Assembly (NCBI GenBank): GCA_049510295.1
Contig: JBEKZC010000012.1
Location: 5,492-69,491 of the forward strand
Reading direction: 5' to 3'
Source: Verrucomicrobiota bacterium
Lineage (GTDB): Bacteria; Verrucomicrobiota; Verrucomicrobiia; Limisphaerales; UBA11358
DNA: 64,000 bases
Both the position numbers and the translations under genes were made by a program. Within the stretch, counting starts at the first letter, position 1, and each line of letters begins with the position of its first letter. The notes below the pieces were generated by a model. That model ran no database searches, was not told the DNA's origin, and saw only the letters and a program-made list of their open reading frames with translations. Below, piece by piece: positions 35,077 through 46,200 of the stretch.

Positions 35077-35609
35077 CAGGCTTTCACCAGTTCGATGTGC
35101 GTGCCGCCGAGGGACTCCAGCAGCCTGCGGGTTTCGGTTTCGGAAAATTTCAGATCGTTCGCGCCAATCACGAGGAAAAACTTGTCGCGCGACGCCAGCG
35201 CGAAGCGTGCCTTCTGCAAAAGCGGATGATGCAAACGCGGGAGTCCGTTCAGGGCCAGCATCCCGACGAACGCGCCGACGGCGGCGCCCAGCACCATCAT
35301 GATGTAGGACGGCACGAAGGACATCGGCGGGCTGAACATCGGTTTGCCGCCGACGATCAGCGGATAATCGAACGCGTTGCTGAACCAGATCAAACCCATG
35401 GTCGCCACAAATGCGCCGCCGCCAAACAGGAACGCGAACCAGCCGACGAGCGAATTTTTGAAGCCGGCCACCTTGTCGAGGCCATGAATCGGAAACGGCG
35501 TGAACACCTCCCAGCGGCGATAACCCGCCGCGCGGATTTTTTCCGCCGCGTGCAGAATGGCCGCGGGTGAATCGAATTCCGCCATGAGGCCGTAATCTTT
35601 GTCGTTCAT
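35076..35609 (-). CDS. actD: alternative complex III subunit ActD (DUF3341)
   Basis: The N-terminal pattern MAEFDSPAAILHAAEKIRAAGYRRWEVFTPFPIHGL is typical of ActD/DUF3341 and is followed by two TM helices. Confidence 0.85.
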   Translation of the reverse strand: MNDKDYGLMAEFDSPAAILHAAEKIRAAGYRRWEVFTPFPIHGLDKVAGFKNSLVGWFAFLFGGGAFVATMGLIWFSNAFDYPLIVGGKPMFSPPMSFVPSYIMMVLGAAVGAFVGMLALNGLPRLHHPLLQKARFALASRDKFFLVIGANDLKFSETETRRLLESLGGTHIELVKA

Positions 35610-35651
35610 GAACGGCCTCCTTTCGCGATGGCGTAATCCGACATGGTTTTT

Positions 35652-35722
35652 GTTTGGTGTGCCGCCTTTAGGCGGTCCGGATGAAACACGACGAATTGCC
35701 GCCTAAAGGCGGGACACCGAAC
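35652..35722. repeat. palindromic repeat family C (GTTYGGTGTSCCGCCTTTAGGCGG inverted pair)
   Basis: The arms are gtttggtgtgccgcctttaggcgg and ccgcctaaaggcgggacaccgaac. It lies in the actD-actC gap. Confidence 0.7.
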
Positions 35723-35751
35723 GCGACTGGCCGGTTTTGACAAGAACAGTG

Positions 35752-37176
35752 TCAAGCTAGACCTCCTTTCGCGCCGCCCAAGGGATGGTGCGGGTCGGCC
35801 TGCGGCAGGGCGCCCTTGACCTCGGCGATGGCGACCAGCGACAGGAATTTTATGAACAGCAGATACATCGTGAAAAAGGCGCCGAGTGTGCCGAGATAGG
35901 TGCCGATGTCCACCCACGTCGGGAAATACACGCCCCAGTTCGCGGGCAGGAAATCCTGGTAGAGCGAACCGACGATGATGACGAAGCGTTCGAACCACAT
36001 CCCGATGTTGATGAGCACACCGAGGACGAAGACGAGTTTCAGGTTATGCCGGACGGTTTTGAACCAGAGCAACTGGGCGAGGCCCACATTGACCACGAGC
36101 ATGATCCAGCCGCCATACCAGTAGGTGTGACCGAACAACCGGTGGCCGAAAACCCAGCGTTCGTACGGATCGCCGCTGTACCAGGCGATGAAATATTCCA
36201 TCAGGTAAATATAGGCAATGACCAGGCTGCTGAGCAAAGTCAGCTTGCAGATGCGGTCCATGTGCCGGGGCGTGATAATTTCCTCGAGCTGGCACCACTT
36301 GCGCAGCGGGATGAGCAGCACCAGCACCATGCCGAAGCCGCAGTACACGGCGCCCACGACGAAATACAGCGGGAAAATCGTCGCATGCCAGCCCGCCAGT
36401 TGCGACGTGCAGAAATCCATACCGACGATGGAACTCACCGTGAACACCAGCAACGTGCACAAGCCGGACAAAACGACGTAGGCCTTTTCGTAATGGTGCC
36501 AGTGCCGTGCCGAGCCGACCCAGCCCATCGCCAGAAAACCGTAAATAAATTTCCGCACCCGCGTGGTCGCGCGGTCGCGCAGCACGGCGAGGTCGGGAAT
36601 CAATCCCAGGTACCAGAAGAGTATGGAAACCACCAGGTAGGTGTTGACGGCGAACACGTCCCACATCAACGGTGAACGAAACTGCGGCCAGAGGCCGTTC
36701 GAGTTTGGGATCGGGAACATGAACCAGGCAAACCACACGCGCCCGACGTGGATGGCCGGATACAGCCCCGCCATCATGACCGAGAACACCGTCATCGCTT
36801 CCGTTGCGCGGCCGATGGTGGTGCGCCAATGCTGCCGCGTCAGGAACAGCATCGCCGAAATCAACGTGCCGGCGTGCGCGACGCCGACCCACCACACGAA
36901 ATTGATGATGTCCCAGCCCCAGGCCACCGGTTGATTGTTGCCCCAGACGCCGACACCGGTGGAAACCTGGTAAATCAACATGACGGGTAATAATACCGTC
37001 GCTCCCAACACCGCCGGGCCGAACAGAACCCACCACCAAAGCGGTGTTTTCCCTTCGGCGAAGGCCGAGAGCTTGTCGGTCAGCCAGCCGGGGCCGCGGT
37101 TGTTCTCCACGACCGGCGCGCGCTGCAATTCCGCCGGCGGCGTGAAGGTTTTCAAGTTGGTCGCGGATTCAGCCAT
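35752..37176 (-). CDS. actC: alternative complex III subunit ActC (NrfD/PsrC-type quinol-interacting membrane subunit)
   Basis: A polytopic 474-aa NrfD-family protein in the conserved position after actB. Confidence 0.9.
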   Translation of the reverse strand: MAESATNLKTFTPPAELQRAPVVENNRGPGWLTDKLSAFAEGKTPLWWWVLFGPAVLGATVLLPVMLIYQVSTGVGVWGNNQPVAWGWDIINFVWWVGVAHAGTLISAMLFLTRQHWRTTIGRATEAMTVFSVMMAGLYPAIHVGRVWFAWFMFPIPNSNGLWPQFRSPLMWDVFAVNTYLVVSILFWYLGLIPDLAVLRDRATTRVRKFIYGFLAMGWVGSARHWHHYEKAYVVLSGLCTLLVFTVSSIVGMDFCTSQLAGWHATIFPLYFVVGAVYCGFGMVLVLLIPLRKWCQLEEIITPRHMDRICKLTLLSSLVIAYIYLMEYFIAWYSGDPYERWVFGHRLFGHTYWYGGWIMLVVNVGLAQLLWFKTVRHNLKLVFVLGVLINIGMWFERFVIIVGSLYQDFLPANWGVYFPTWVDIGTYLGTLGAFFTMYLLFIKFLSLVAIAEVKGALPQADPHHPLGGAKGGLA

Positions 37177-37230
37177 TTGTTATTTCATTTTTAACGCAAA
37201 GGCGCAAAGGCCCGAAGATGCATGAACCTC

Positions 37231-37327
37231 AGAGTAGGGCAGGCGTCTCGCCTGCCTAACGAGCGCGTAAGCGCGAACAATGTGTCGGCTTCGCCGCCGC
37301 GGGCAGGCGAGACGCCTGCCCTACTTT
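37231..37327. repeat. palindromic repeat family B, second copy
   Basis: The arms are agagtagggcaggcgtctcgcctgcc and gggcaggcgagacgcctgccctacttt. It lies in the actC-actB gap. Confidence 0.75.
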
Positions 37328-37345
37328 GAATCGTAAAGCTAGCCA

Positions 37346-40300
37346 TCAGCCCGCTCCTTTCTTTTCGGCCTGGAGTTCGCCGCCGCGGTTTTTGTATTCC
37401 TCAAAGCTGTAAGGCCATTTGCGGTAATCAGGCATGTTTGGGTTTTGATTGCGGATGCGCGCCAGATATGTCGTGCGCGGTTTCGTCAGCAAATCACCGA
37501 GCACCGAATAATTCCGTGTCTGTGCCTTGAGCCGCGAAACGTGGCTTTTCGGATCGCTGATGTCACCGAACGTAATCGCCTGTGCCGGGCACGCCTGCTG
37601 GCACGCCGTCTTTGGAATCGTGCCGGCGGCTTCCGTGAGCCGCACGTTGTCCGACGCGCCGGCCTTGACCTTCTGTGCAATCTTCGCCTGCTCGATGCGT
37701 TGCGTGCAGTAGGTGCATTTTTCCATCACGCCGCGCATGCGCACCGTCACGTCGGGATTCTTGACCATTTTGATCAAGTCCCATTCGTCCTCCTCGCGCA
37801 TGCCGCTGTCCGGATTTTTCCACCAGCTCAACAAATCCCATTTGCTGTCCGTCTTGTGCGTGAGTGGCGTGGGATAAAACGGTCCCTTGAGATCGGCCAG
37901 CGGACGTTTGTTGTAATCAAGATAATTGAACCGGCGGACCTTGTACGGACAGTTGTTCGAGCAATACCGCGTGCCGATGCAGCGGTTGTAAGCCATCACA
38001 TTCAAACCTTCCTGGTCGTGGACGGTGGCGTTGACCGGGCAGACGTTTTCGCACGGGGCGGCCTCGCACTGCTGGCAAAGCATCGGCTGGTTCACCGCCT
38101 GCACGTCGTCAATCCATTCGGCAAATTGCTGCTCGTCATCCTTCTGGAAGGCGTCCGACGGTTTTTTGAATATCGGATTGGCGGTGTAGTAGCGGTCAAT
38201 CCGCAGCCAGTGCATTTCTCGGCCGCGCAGCACCTGGTCCTTGCCAACGATGGGAATGTTGTTTTCGCTCTGGCAGGCAATCACGCACGTGCCGCAGCCG
38301 ACGCACGCGCTCAAATCCACCGTCATGCCCCACTGATGCAATGCGGTCTTCTTCGCCTCGTCCAGCGGGTTGGGATACAACGGCGCCACCACCGGTGGCT
38401 CGGTGCCGCGCATCTCAGTCGCAAAATCCGGGTCCTTGAAGAATTCCAGAAGGTTTGCCTCGCGCACCGCCGGCCGGCCTTCCATGGACCAGTGATTTTG
38501 TGTCGTGGCCAGCGGATATGTTTCACCGGTCTTGCGCACCGTCGCGCCGGTCTCGATGTATTGGCCGGTGAAAATCTTGCAGGCGTTGAAACCGACGCCG
38601 GTGCCGACGCGCCCTGCCCTTTCGCGTCCGTAACCGAGCGCAAGCCCGAGCGAATAATCCGCCATGCCCGGCTGCGTCCAGATGGGGCCCTTGACGCTGC
38701 GGCCGTTCAGAGTGATTTCGATGACGTCGCCGTTCTGCACACCAAGTTCGCTCGCCGTCTTGCGGCTGACAAGCACCGCGTTGTCCCAGGTCAGCTTGGT
38801 GACGGGGTCGGGCAGCTCCTGCAACCAGCCGTTGTTGGCATAACGTCCGTCGTCCATTTTCGCGTCGCGATGGAAAACGACTTCGAGGTTGTTCGCGGAA
38901 GGCGTGGGAACATTTTTAATGGAAGGCAAAGCTACGGCTCGGCTGTCTTCAAGGATCGGATTAAAAGTTTTGTTGGAACCTTCAAGATAACCGTCGAACA
39001 AAAACTTTTTCCATGCTGCTTCCGGGTTAATTTCATCCCAGACTCCAATAATTGTCTGACGAACAATTTCGTAAGGACTGGTCTGCGATTCACCCGCAAT
39101 GCGCGCAAGGAATTCCAGTTCCGTCAAGCCGCCGAACAGGGGTTGAATGAGCGGCTGGATCGGCACGAGCGTGCCGTCGCTGGTCGTGGCATCACCCCAC
39201 GATTCGAGATAATGCGCCAGTGGGAAATTCCAGTCTGATTTTTCTGCTGTTTCGTCTTCGTAATGGCCAAGCCGAACGACGGTTTCCGGTTTCTGCTTCG
39301 GCGACCAGTTCAAATTGTAAACCGGATTGCCGCCAAGAATGACCAGTGTGTCGGTTGCGCTTCTGTCGAAATTCTTCAAATCTGCGCCGGCAGTTTCCAT
39401 TGTCGGAAGCAAAGTGACTGTGTTGCCAATCGCACCGAGCGCCGAATTGAAGGCCCAAGCGAGCAAATGAACTTCCAACGGCTGGCGCTGACCAGCAACG
39501 ACCAAAACCTCGCCACGATGGGCAAGCAAGTCTTTCGCGCATCTCGCAATCCATCTCGCGAGCAAGGGCACCGGCTCCGAGAGTTGAGCGAAAATTTCAT
39601 CCGCAACTTTCGAAACCATGCTTCCCGGCACGCGCAAACGGTGGTCCGCATTTGCACCGGTAAGCGTGAACAGCGACTCCACGGCATAAAGCCGGCTCAT
39701 CCCCTCGCCCGGCCTCCGGCCCTCGGCAAATTGACGGATGTAATTATGCGGGTCCTCCTCGCCGCCGAGAAAATCGCAATCCAGCGACAGGATGACCTTC
39801 GCCTTGTCGAAATGGTAAACCGGACGCACCGGCTGGCCGAACGCCTGCGTTGCCGCGCGTTGATGGATGCCTGAATCAATCGCGTCGTAGGTGAACCACT
39901 GCGACTTCGGGAATTTGTCGGCGATGATTTTTTGCAGACGCGCACGCGATGGCGACGTGCTGCTTTCGGCGAGGAAGGCCAGGCCTTCGCCCTGGTTCGC
40001 CGCAAATTTCTTCGACAGCTCGTCAAGGAAACCCAGCGCTTCGTCGCGTGAAACCGTTTTGCCTTCCTTCGTGAACCGTTTGGCGCGGTCGGGATCGTAA
40101 AGATCCAGGATGGAAGCCTGCGCGTAGCGGTCGGTGCCGCCGTTGCTGCCGGGGAATCTGGCATTGCCCTCCAGTTTGATGGGCCGGCCTTCACAGGACT
40201 TGGCGACGAGCGGGACCGCACCGGTGCGCGTCGGCATGGCCGTCGCATAATATTCCGGTTCGCCGTAAACGTAATTTTCCGGCTGCTGGCCGAACGGCTC

Positions 40301-40546
40301 CAGTTTTTCCACCGGCCGGCGGCAGCCCGCGCCCATCACACCCAGGCCCGCGAGCGCGAACGACGCAGACATGATTTTGACGAAATGCCGGCGGGAAACG
40401 CCGTCCTCGAATTCGCTCGCACCCTGCGGAAACTCGCGATGCAGCCAGTCCTTGAACTCCGGCGTGTCGGCCAGTTCATCCAGGCTGCGCCAGTAACGGC
40501 GGCCAGTCAGGGCAGGCTGGGCGGGAGTTGGAGGATTTGGTTTCAT
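37346..40546 (-). CDS. actB: alternative complex III subunit ActB (molybdopterin-oxidoreductase-like domain fused to a 4Fe-4S domain)
   Basis: The twin-arginine signal is [20 protein letters not shown] large MopB-like N-terminal half is followed by a C-terminal ferredoxin-like half with several Cys clusters ([41 protein letters not shown]). The length is 1066 aa. Confidence 0.92.
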   Translation of the reverse strand: MKPNPPTPAQPALTGRRYWRSLDELADTPEFKDWLHREFPQGASEFEDGVSRRHFVKIMSASFALAGLGVMGAGCRRPVEKLEPFGQQPENYVYGEPEYYATAMPTRTGAVPLVAKSCEGRPIKLEGNARFPGSNGGTDRYAQASILDLYDPDRAKRFTKEGKTVSRDEALGFLDELSKKFAANQGEGLAFLAESSTSPSRARLQKIIADKFPKSQWFTYDAIDSGIHQRAATQAFGQPVRPVYHFDKAKVILSLDCDFLGGEEDPHNYIRQFAEGRRPGEGMSRLYAVESLFTLTGANADHRLRVPGSMVSKVADEIFAQLSEPVPLLARWIARCAKDLLAHRGEVLVVAGQRQPLEVHLLAWAFNSALGAIGNTVTLLPTMETAGADLKNFDRSATDTLVILGGNPVYNLNWSPKQKPETVVRLGHYEDETAEKSDWNFPLAHYLESWGDATTSDGTLVPIQPLIQPLFGGLTELEFLARIAGESQTSPYEIVRQTIIGVWDEINPEAAWKKFLFDGYLEGSNKTFNPILEDSRAVALPSIKNVPTPSANNLEVVFHRDAKMDDGRYANNGWLQELPDPVTKLTWDNAVLVSRKTASELGVQNGDVIEITLNGRSVKGPIWTQPGMADYSLGLALGYGRERAGRVGTGVGFNACKIFTGQYIETGATVRKTGETYPLATTQNHWSMEGRPAVREANLLEFFKDPDFATEMRGTEPPVVAPLYPNPLDEAKKTALHQWGMTVDLSACVGCGTCVIACQSENNIPIVGKDQVLRGREMHWLRIDRYYTANPIFKKPSDAFQKDDEQQFAEWIDDVQAVNQPMLCQQCEAAPCENVCPVNATVHDQEGLNVMAYNRCIGTRYCSNNCPYKVRRFNYLDYNKRPLADLKGPFYPTPLTHKTDSKWDLLSWWKNPDSGMREEDEWDLIKMVKNPDVTVRMRGVMEKCTYCTQRIEQAKIAQKVKAGASDNVRLTEAAGTIPKTACQQACPAQAITFGDISDPKSHVSRLKAQTRNYSVLGDLLTKPRTTYLARIRNQNPNMPDYRKWPYSFEEYKNRGGELQAEKKGAG

Positions 40547-40550
40547 TCAG

Positions 40551-40742
40551 TTAAACCACGAAATACACGAAATACACGAAAAGAAATAAAAACGGGAACA
40601 ACGGCGTATTCGCTATTGCCGCCGGAGCGCGGCTGTATGCGAAGCATCAGCCGCAGCACGTCTGGCAATTTCAACCTGCTGCGGCTGGGTCTGCGACCAC
40701 AGCCGCGCTCCGAATTCGTGTCTTTTGTGTATTTCGTGGTTT
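40551..40742. repeat. composite element: repeat family D arms (ACGAAATACACGAAA / TTCGTGT..TGTATTTCGTGG) enclosing a short family A MITE (40624-40711)
   Basis: The outer left arm is ttaaaccacgaaatacacgaaatacacgaaaag and the outer right arm is ttcgtgtcttttgtgtatttcgtggttt. The inner element ggagcgcggctgt...acagccgcgctcc has the same termini as the copies at 14942-15084 and 62991-63133. It lies in the actB-actA gap. Confidence 0.7.
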
Positions 40743-40748
40743 TCATCT

Positions 40749-41417
40749 TCATCGGTGGCAGGCCGAGCAGCTTTGCAGCGATTCGATTTTCCAGTCGTGG
40801 ACGAAGGTGGTACCGTTGGTCCTCTGCATCCGCGCCGCCACGTCCGCATTCGTGCTCCATTGCCAGCCCAAATCCGTGACCTTGTCCACCGGCCGGACAA
40901 ATGCCGCTGGCTGGCGATGGCAATCGAGGCAAAAACTCATGCTGAACGATTTGGCATGACGGACCTCGTCCATTTGATCAACGCGTCCGTGGCACTCGAC
41001 ACAACTGATGCCGCGCGCGACGTGAACCGAGTGGTTGAAATAAACATAATCGGGTACGATGTGGATTTGCACCCACGGGATGGGGACATTGTTGGTGACG
41101 CTGGCGCGCACGAGGGCGAGGCGCGGGTCGTCCTTGAGCACTTGATTGTGGCAATTCATGCACGTGGACGCGGACGGGATGCTGGAGAACCACGATTTGT
41201 CCACCGTGTTGTGGCAGTAGCGGCAATCAACGCCCAGTTGCCCCGTGTGGATCGCGTGCGAAAATGGCACCGGCTGGACCGGCTGGTAACCGGCCCGCGT
41301 GTATTTGGGCGTGCAATAATAAGTGACACCCGCTGTCACCACACCGCCGACCAGCGCCAGCACGACGCCAATCTGCAGCGGCAACCAGTTTGTCCACCTC
41401 GGAAAAATCGCTGGCAT
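40749..41417 (-). CDS. actA: alternative complex III subunit ActA (pentahaem cytochrome c)
   Basis: It has an N-terminal TM anchor and five CxxCH motifs (CRYCH, CMNCH, CVECH, CLDCH, CSACH). Confidence 0.9.
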   Translation of the reverse strand: MPAIFPRWTNWLPLQIGVVLALVGGVVTAGVTYYCTPKYTRAGYQPVQPVPFSHAIHTGQLGVDCRYCHNTVDKSWFSSIPSASTCMNCHNQVLKDDPRLALVRASVTNNVPIPWVQIHIVPDYVYFNHSVHVARGISCVECHGRVDQMDEVRHAKSFSMSFCLDCHRQPAAFVRPVDKVTDLGWQWSTNADVAARMQRTNGTTFVHDWKIESLQSCSACHR

Positions 41418-41717
41418 TACGTGCGACCGCTCACTTGGTCAAAAATTGTCCATCACTCCGCAATTGTTGGGGTTATGTTTAGTCAGCACCCGCTTCGTCC
41501 GCAAGCCGCTTTATGAAAAATTTCACTTATTCGTAGCGGCGTCTCGGCAGAGCGCCGCTAAATATTTTTGTGTAACGCTCTGCGAGCCCCTGAAAAAAAG
41601 AATTGGCCGTCGTGACCACGATTCGCAAAGCGAACGTCCCGATTTGGGCAGCAAACTTGTGGCGGGCTTGGGAAGCCAAACTCCGCCTCTGATTTCCCTG
41701 CGTGCCACCCCGTTCGT

Positions 41718-42683
41718 TCAACACCGGATGCGTTTGTGGCTGACGAGCAGGAGGATTACCCCGCCCGCAATCGAGAGCAAAAACGCGCTGGGCTCGGGCA
41801 CGGGAAGGATGGAACCGGGAACAACAAACAGGTCCTCGGATGAAAAGTTGAAATTATTTGGAAAGTTGCTGGTCAACAATTGGTAACTGATATTCAGCGT
41901 CGAACCGTCCAGATTGGTCCCGCCGGGCTGGATGGTGTTCAGATCAATTCCCAGCAGGTTCTGCATGAGGGAGGACGCCGCGCCGAGTTGAATGCCCACG
42001 CCGTACATCTGCGAACCGGCATTTTCCAGGCACAACCCCGGAAAATTGGTCACCGTTCCCATCAGCGTGGCCGCCCCGGTGACCGTGCTGATCTGAAACA
42101 AGTGCGTGCTGGTGGCATTCACTCCGCCGTCCGTGTCGTAAAGGTTGCCGTCGTAACCGAAGCGGATGTTTTGTCCCGAATTGCCGATGACACTGTTGTT
42201 GAAGGAACCCACCAATGTCGCAATGCCGTTGACGGGATTGATCGTGTAAAGGGCGCCTTGGGTGGCCCCATAAAGGGTCCCATCGGGGGCAATGGCCAAA
42301 GACTCGAGGCCGCTCACGTTGAAAGAGACACTGCTCATGACCGCGCCGTTGTTGGGGTTCAGGGTCACAAATGAAGTCGAATTGATGATGCCGTACAGCG
42401 CGCCATCGGGCGCGGCGGCAATGTCATTGAAAAGGGTTCCCCCTTCGCTGCCCAATTGCGTGAAACTGCCGGTCAACAGGTTGATGGTGCCAAAAAGGTT
42501 GTTGACCTGGTTGAACTCCAGGGCATATGCCTGCTGGCCCAAAGCGGAGGTGGAGGTGAACAACATCAGCCCGGCCAGCGCACCAAATGCCGTTTTGAAC
42601 CACCGCCGGATGCCGGGTGCCGGGGACTGGATTTCGCACGCCTGCCGTTGACCGACATAAACTGCCGGACAGTCATTTTTCAT
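41718..42683 (-). CDS. PEP-CTERM-anchored secreted repeat protein
   Basis: The C-terminal sorting signal is VPEPSAFLLSIAGGVILLLVSHKRIRC. A signal peptide follows the Met at 42683. Internal repeats (APDGALYGI / APDGTLYGAT) suggest a beta-propeller. Confidence 0.75.
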   Translation of the reverse strand: MKNDCPAVYVGQRQACEIQSPAPGIRRWFKTAFGALAGLMLFTSTSALGQQAYALEFNQVNNLFGTINLLTGSFTQLGSEGGTLFNDIAAAPDGALYGIINSTSFVTLNPNNGAVMSSVSFNVSGLESLAIAPDGTLYGATQGALYTINPVNGIATLVGSFNNSVIGNSGQNIRFGYDGNLYDTDGGVNATSTHLFQISTVTGAATLMGTVTNFPGLCLENAGSQMYGVGIQLGAASSLMQNLLGIDLNTIQPGGTNLDGSTLNISYQLLTSNFPNNFNFSSEDLFVVPGSILPVPEPSAFLLSIAGGVILLLVSHKRIRC

Positions 42684-42940
42684 AGGAACAGCCTTCTTGA
42701 GTTGCTGTATCGCCGGATCGTTATCGAACAACCGCGCTTGTGTCGCATCCACAAACACAAGCGCAGTCCAAGTCAATAAAGCTCCCCGATCCGATTATCC
42801 CCGATTTCCGGACTAAGCAGCCATAATGCCACTAAACACCAACAGTTGTAAGTAGCTTCAATGGATGGCTTTACGCAGCGGCATCTTGTGGAAGGACTCT
42901 GCTGGCCGGAAATGGTTGGATAAAAAATGGTCTCTTCCCA

Positions 42941-43121
42941 GCGGACGCTGTCTCAAAAACCGATCTCCGGTCAAGACTGATAGACAAAATCGAGGATGGC
43001 TCTGGTTTCCAAATCCTGGATTGTGCGGACGCTGTCTCAAAAACCGGCTTCCCGGTCAAGACTGATACACAAAATCAAGGATGGCTCCGGTCCTCCCAGC
43101 CCCGGACTGTGCGGACGCTGG
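42941..43121. repeat. tandem direct repeat: two full units of 84 and 86 bp plus the start of a third
   Basis: The units begin gcggacgctgtctcaaaaaccg at 42941 and 43025, and the third start is gcggacgctgg at 43111. The units share ...ccggtcaagactgata.acaaaatc.aggatggctc.ggt. Confidence 0.8.
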
Positions 43122-43282
43122 ACACCGCTACGGCGACGGCCTGCCCCGCGCGGCAGTCAGCAACCACGAAAGAACTACACGAAATCTGTGCCGCACTTGT
43201 CGCGCCGAAATTGGATGAAGGCGGAAAGAGGCACAGAAGGCGCAAAAACCGTCGACGCGAATTCCGCGAATTCACACAAATT

Positions 43283-46200
43283 TTAGCCCAACACGTTGTC
43301 CCGCCACCGGCGCACGCTCATCACGTCGAACCGCTCGCCCTCAAAGACGATTTGCTTCACAGGTTTCTTGCCGTTGTTGCTTTCGCGATTCAGCCAGTCG
43401 CGAATTTCCATCCAGCGGACTTCGCCCTCGGAATTCCGGATCACCAGCAGCACCGGGAACGCCTGTGCCATCCAGTAGCGGGCGTGGCGCTCGTCCTTGA
43501 TCGTGAAGATCTCCGCGCCGTCGCCCTTGCGCTCGCGCAGGTAGGAATCGCCCGACTTGAGTTGCAGGTAGAGCTTTCGTCCGGTAGCCTCGCCGGCATC
43601 GCTCTTGAACTCGATCTCCATATCAATACCTTGGTCGCTCACGATTAACTCCCGGCTGATCTGCCCGGCCAGCGCGACCGTGGAAATCACCTCGCCCACC
43701 AGCGCACGCTCCTTGCTCTGGCTGTCGAGCACGATGGCGGATTGTTCCTCCAGTTCGCGGACCCGTTGTTTCATTTCTGGGCTGGCAAACAGTTCCTCCA
43801 TTTGATCCCAGAGCGGAATGCGCTTCTCGCAACTCACACAGAGGATGTCCTTCTTGCCTTCCTCCAACTTCTTCATTGCCACTTCCCGGTTCCCGACCGG
43901 CGTGCCGCAGTGCGGGCAGACATAGTGCCGCAGCCGCACGACATCCTGCCCCTTTTGCAGCAGGTGCTCGTGGACATACCGGCTGAAGATGATCTTTTCC
44001 TCCACCGGGATGGCCGGATCGAAATACACCTCCATCTCGCCCGCGCCCTCGGCCCGGCGCGTCAGCTTCACACCGAGTAGTCTGCCGGTCAGAGTCTTGA
44101 AGTCGGCGGCGTAGCGCCAGAGTTGGTCCTGCTGGAATGGCTTCGTGTGATGCAGCCGCACCACCAGCGTGGCGTAAATGTCGTCGAGGAACCCATTGAA
44201 TCGGTAGCTCACCAGCACGGCCGGGTGACCCACCAACTCGGGACGCTCGCGGCGGTAGAAGCTGGGGAATATCAAAAGCGGCCCCTTGTCCGTGTGCTCG
44301 CGCAGGCAAAGGCCGCGCTCGACCAGCGTCTGGTGCATGGCCAGCAGCACAAACCGCTCCTCCTCGGCCCCCAGGCGCTTCATCGAGGATTGATACGTGA
44401 GGTCGCCCTTCAGCACCCGTTCCTCCGGAAGGCACCCACGTTCGAGTTTGTCTTCGCGCATGGTTTGGATCACCGCTTGTGCGTAGGCGTTGATGCGCTC
44501 CGGCTGGAGCAGCACCCAACTGCCGAACGCCAGCTCCCACACCGCTCCGGGACCGGCCAGCAGGCCAACCACCGCCTTCAACTCCTCGTCCTTGAACTGC
44601 CCATCCTTTCCGGCCAAACGCAGGCGCAAGGCATCGCGCAGTTCGTTCAATCGCATCAGCACCCGGTCCTCATCCCTGAGCCGGACGATCTCTTCCTTGA
44701 GCCGCTTGAAGAGAAGCGGCGAGGAGCGCCACGGAATATTCTCCCACTGGATGCCGCGAAGAATGGCTTGTTTGAGTTCTTCGCAACGTTCCCCGGTCTT
44801 TGCGCTTGTTTCCAGAAAGCAGGTAAAACCACGTTCCTTCGCGAACGTCTCGACTTGGCTCCGGCTGACGCGCAGGCCGCCGGCATCCACGCGCCCGGCG
44901 ACCAACAGCTTGGCGAACTCCTTGCGCGAGGCGCGGGTGAGATCGCGATCCCACTGGCCCAGTGTCTCGAAGAGGTCTTCCTTCTGGCCGTCGAAGACCA
45001 GCACCGCCAACGCGGTTTCGTCCATGTAAAGCTGGTGGATCAACCGCTGGTCCGCCTGGCCGCCGAAATCCCAAAGCCAGATTTCCCGCTCGACGCCTTC
45101 GCCGGAAGACACGGGCAGCTTCCACTGCGTCGCCCACGCGCCGACCGTCGAGCCTTCGCTCGGTTTCCATTCACCAGTTGCCAACCGATACGAAAGTCCC
45201 GTTTTGCCTGCGCTGGTTTCGCCGACAAGAAGGACTTTGGCATTCGTGTATTGGACCTGATCAGGCACAAGTTTCCTGGTCATCCTAGTTGAAGAAGTCT
45301 GCAATTTCGGCGCGACGGTTTTCGGTACTCGTGCCTCGGTGACGAATTCCGACAAATCCCATACCCGGATGCCGCCTTTCTTGTCGCCTGAGAAAGCACG
45401 GCGTCCATCGACGCTCCACGCCACGGTCGTGACGTGGGCAGTGTGACCTTCGAGCACGCGCAGGCAGCGCCCCGTCTCCACGTCCCATAGCCGAAGCGTA
45501 TGATCGTCGGAGCCGGAGATAACGCGGTGTGCATCCGCGCTTAAGGCTATACACCAAATGCGGCCACTGTGACCTTCGAGGACGCGTAAGCAGCGCCCCG
45601 TCTCCATGTCCCACAATCGAAGGGTTTTGTCGGTGGCTCCGGACATCGCGCGGCGTTCATCGGCACTCAACGCTACGCCCCAAATGGGATTTTTGTGGCC
45701 TTCGAGCGTCAAGAGACATTGGCCCGTCTCCACGTCAAAGAGCTGAACAACATTCGCGGGATCGCCTGAACCAGCGATGACGCGGCGTTGGCCGCCACCC
45801 CACGCTAGGCTAAGAGCCCAGCTATTACTGTCGAGGACGCGCAAGCAACGCCCCGTCTCAAGGTCCCATAGCCGTAGCGTCTTATCGTGCGAGCTGGAAA
45901 GGGCCCTGCGTTGATCGGGGCTCCAAGCCACGCGCAGGACGTCAGTGGTGTGACCTTTGAGAACGCGTAGGCAATGGCCAGTCCCCACGTCCCACAGCCG
46001 GACGGTTTTGTCATTGGCACCAGAGAGGGCGCGGCGTTGATCGGCACTCCATGCCACGCCGTTGACATCACCGCTGTGGCCTCTGAGCACACGCAGGCAG
46101 CGCCCCGTTTCCACATCCCACAGCCGCATGGTGTTGTCATCGGCTCCGGTGAGAGCGCGCTTTCCATCCGGACTGAACGCGTAGGCATTGACGCTCGCGC

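Noticed and set aside
42941-43121. Considered as a CRISPR array
   Set aside because: The units are 84-86 bp and directly abut each other with no unique spacers. There are no cas genes in the window. I kept it as a tandem repeat finding instead.
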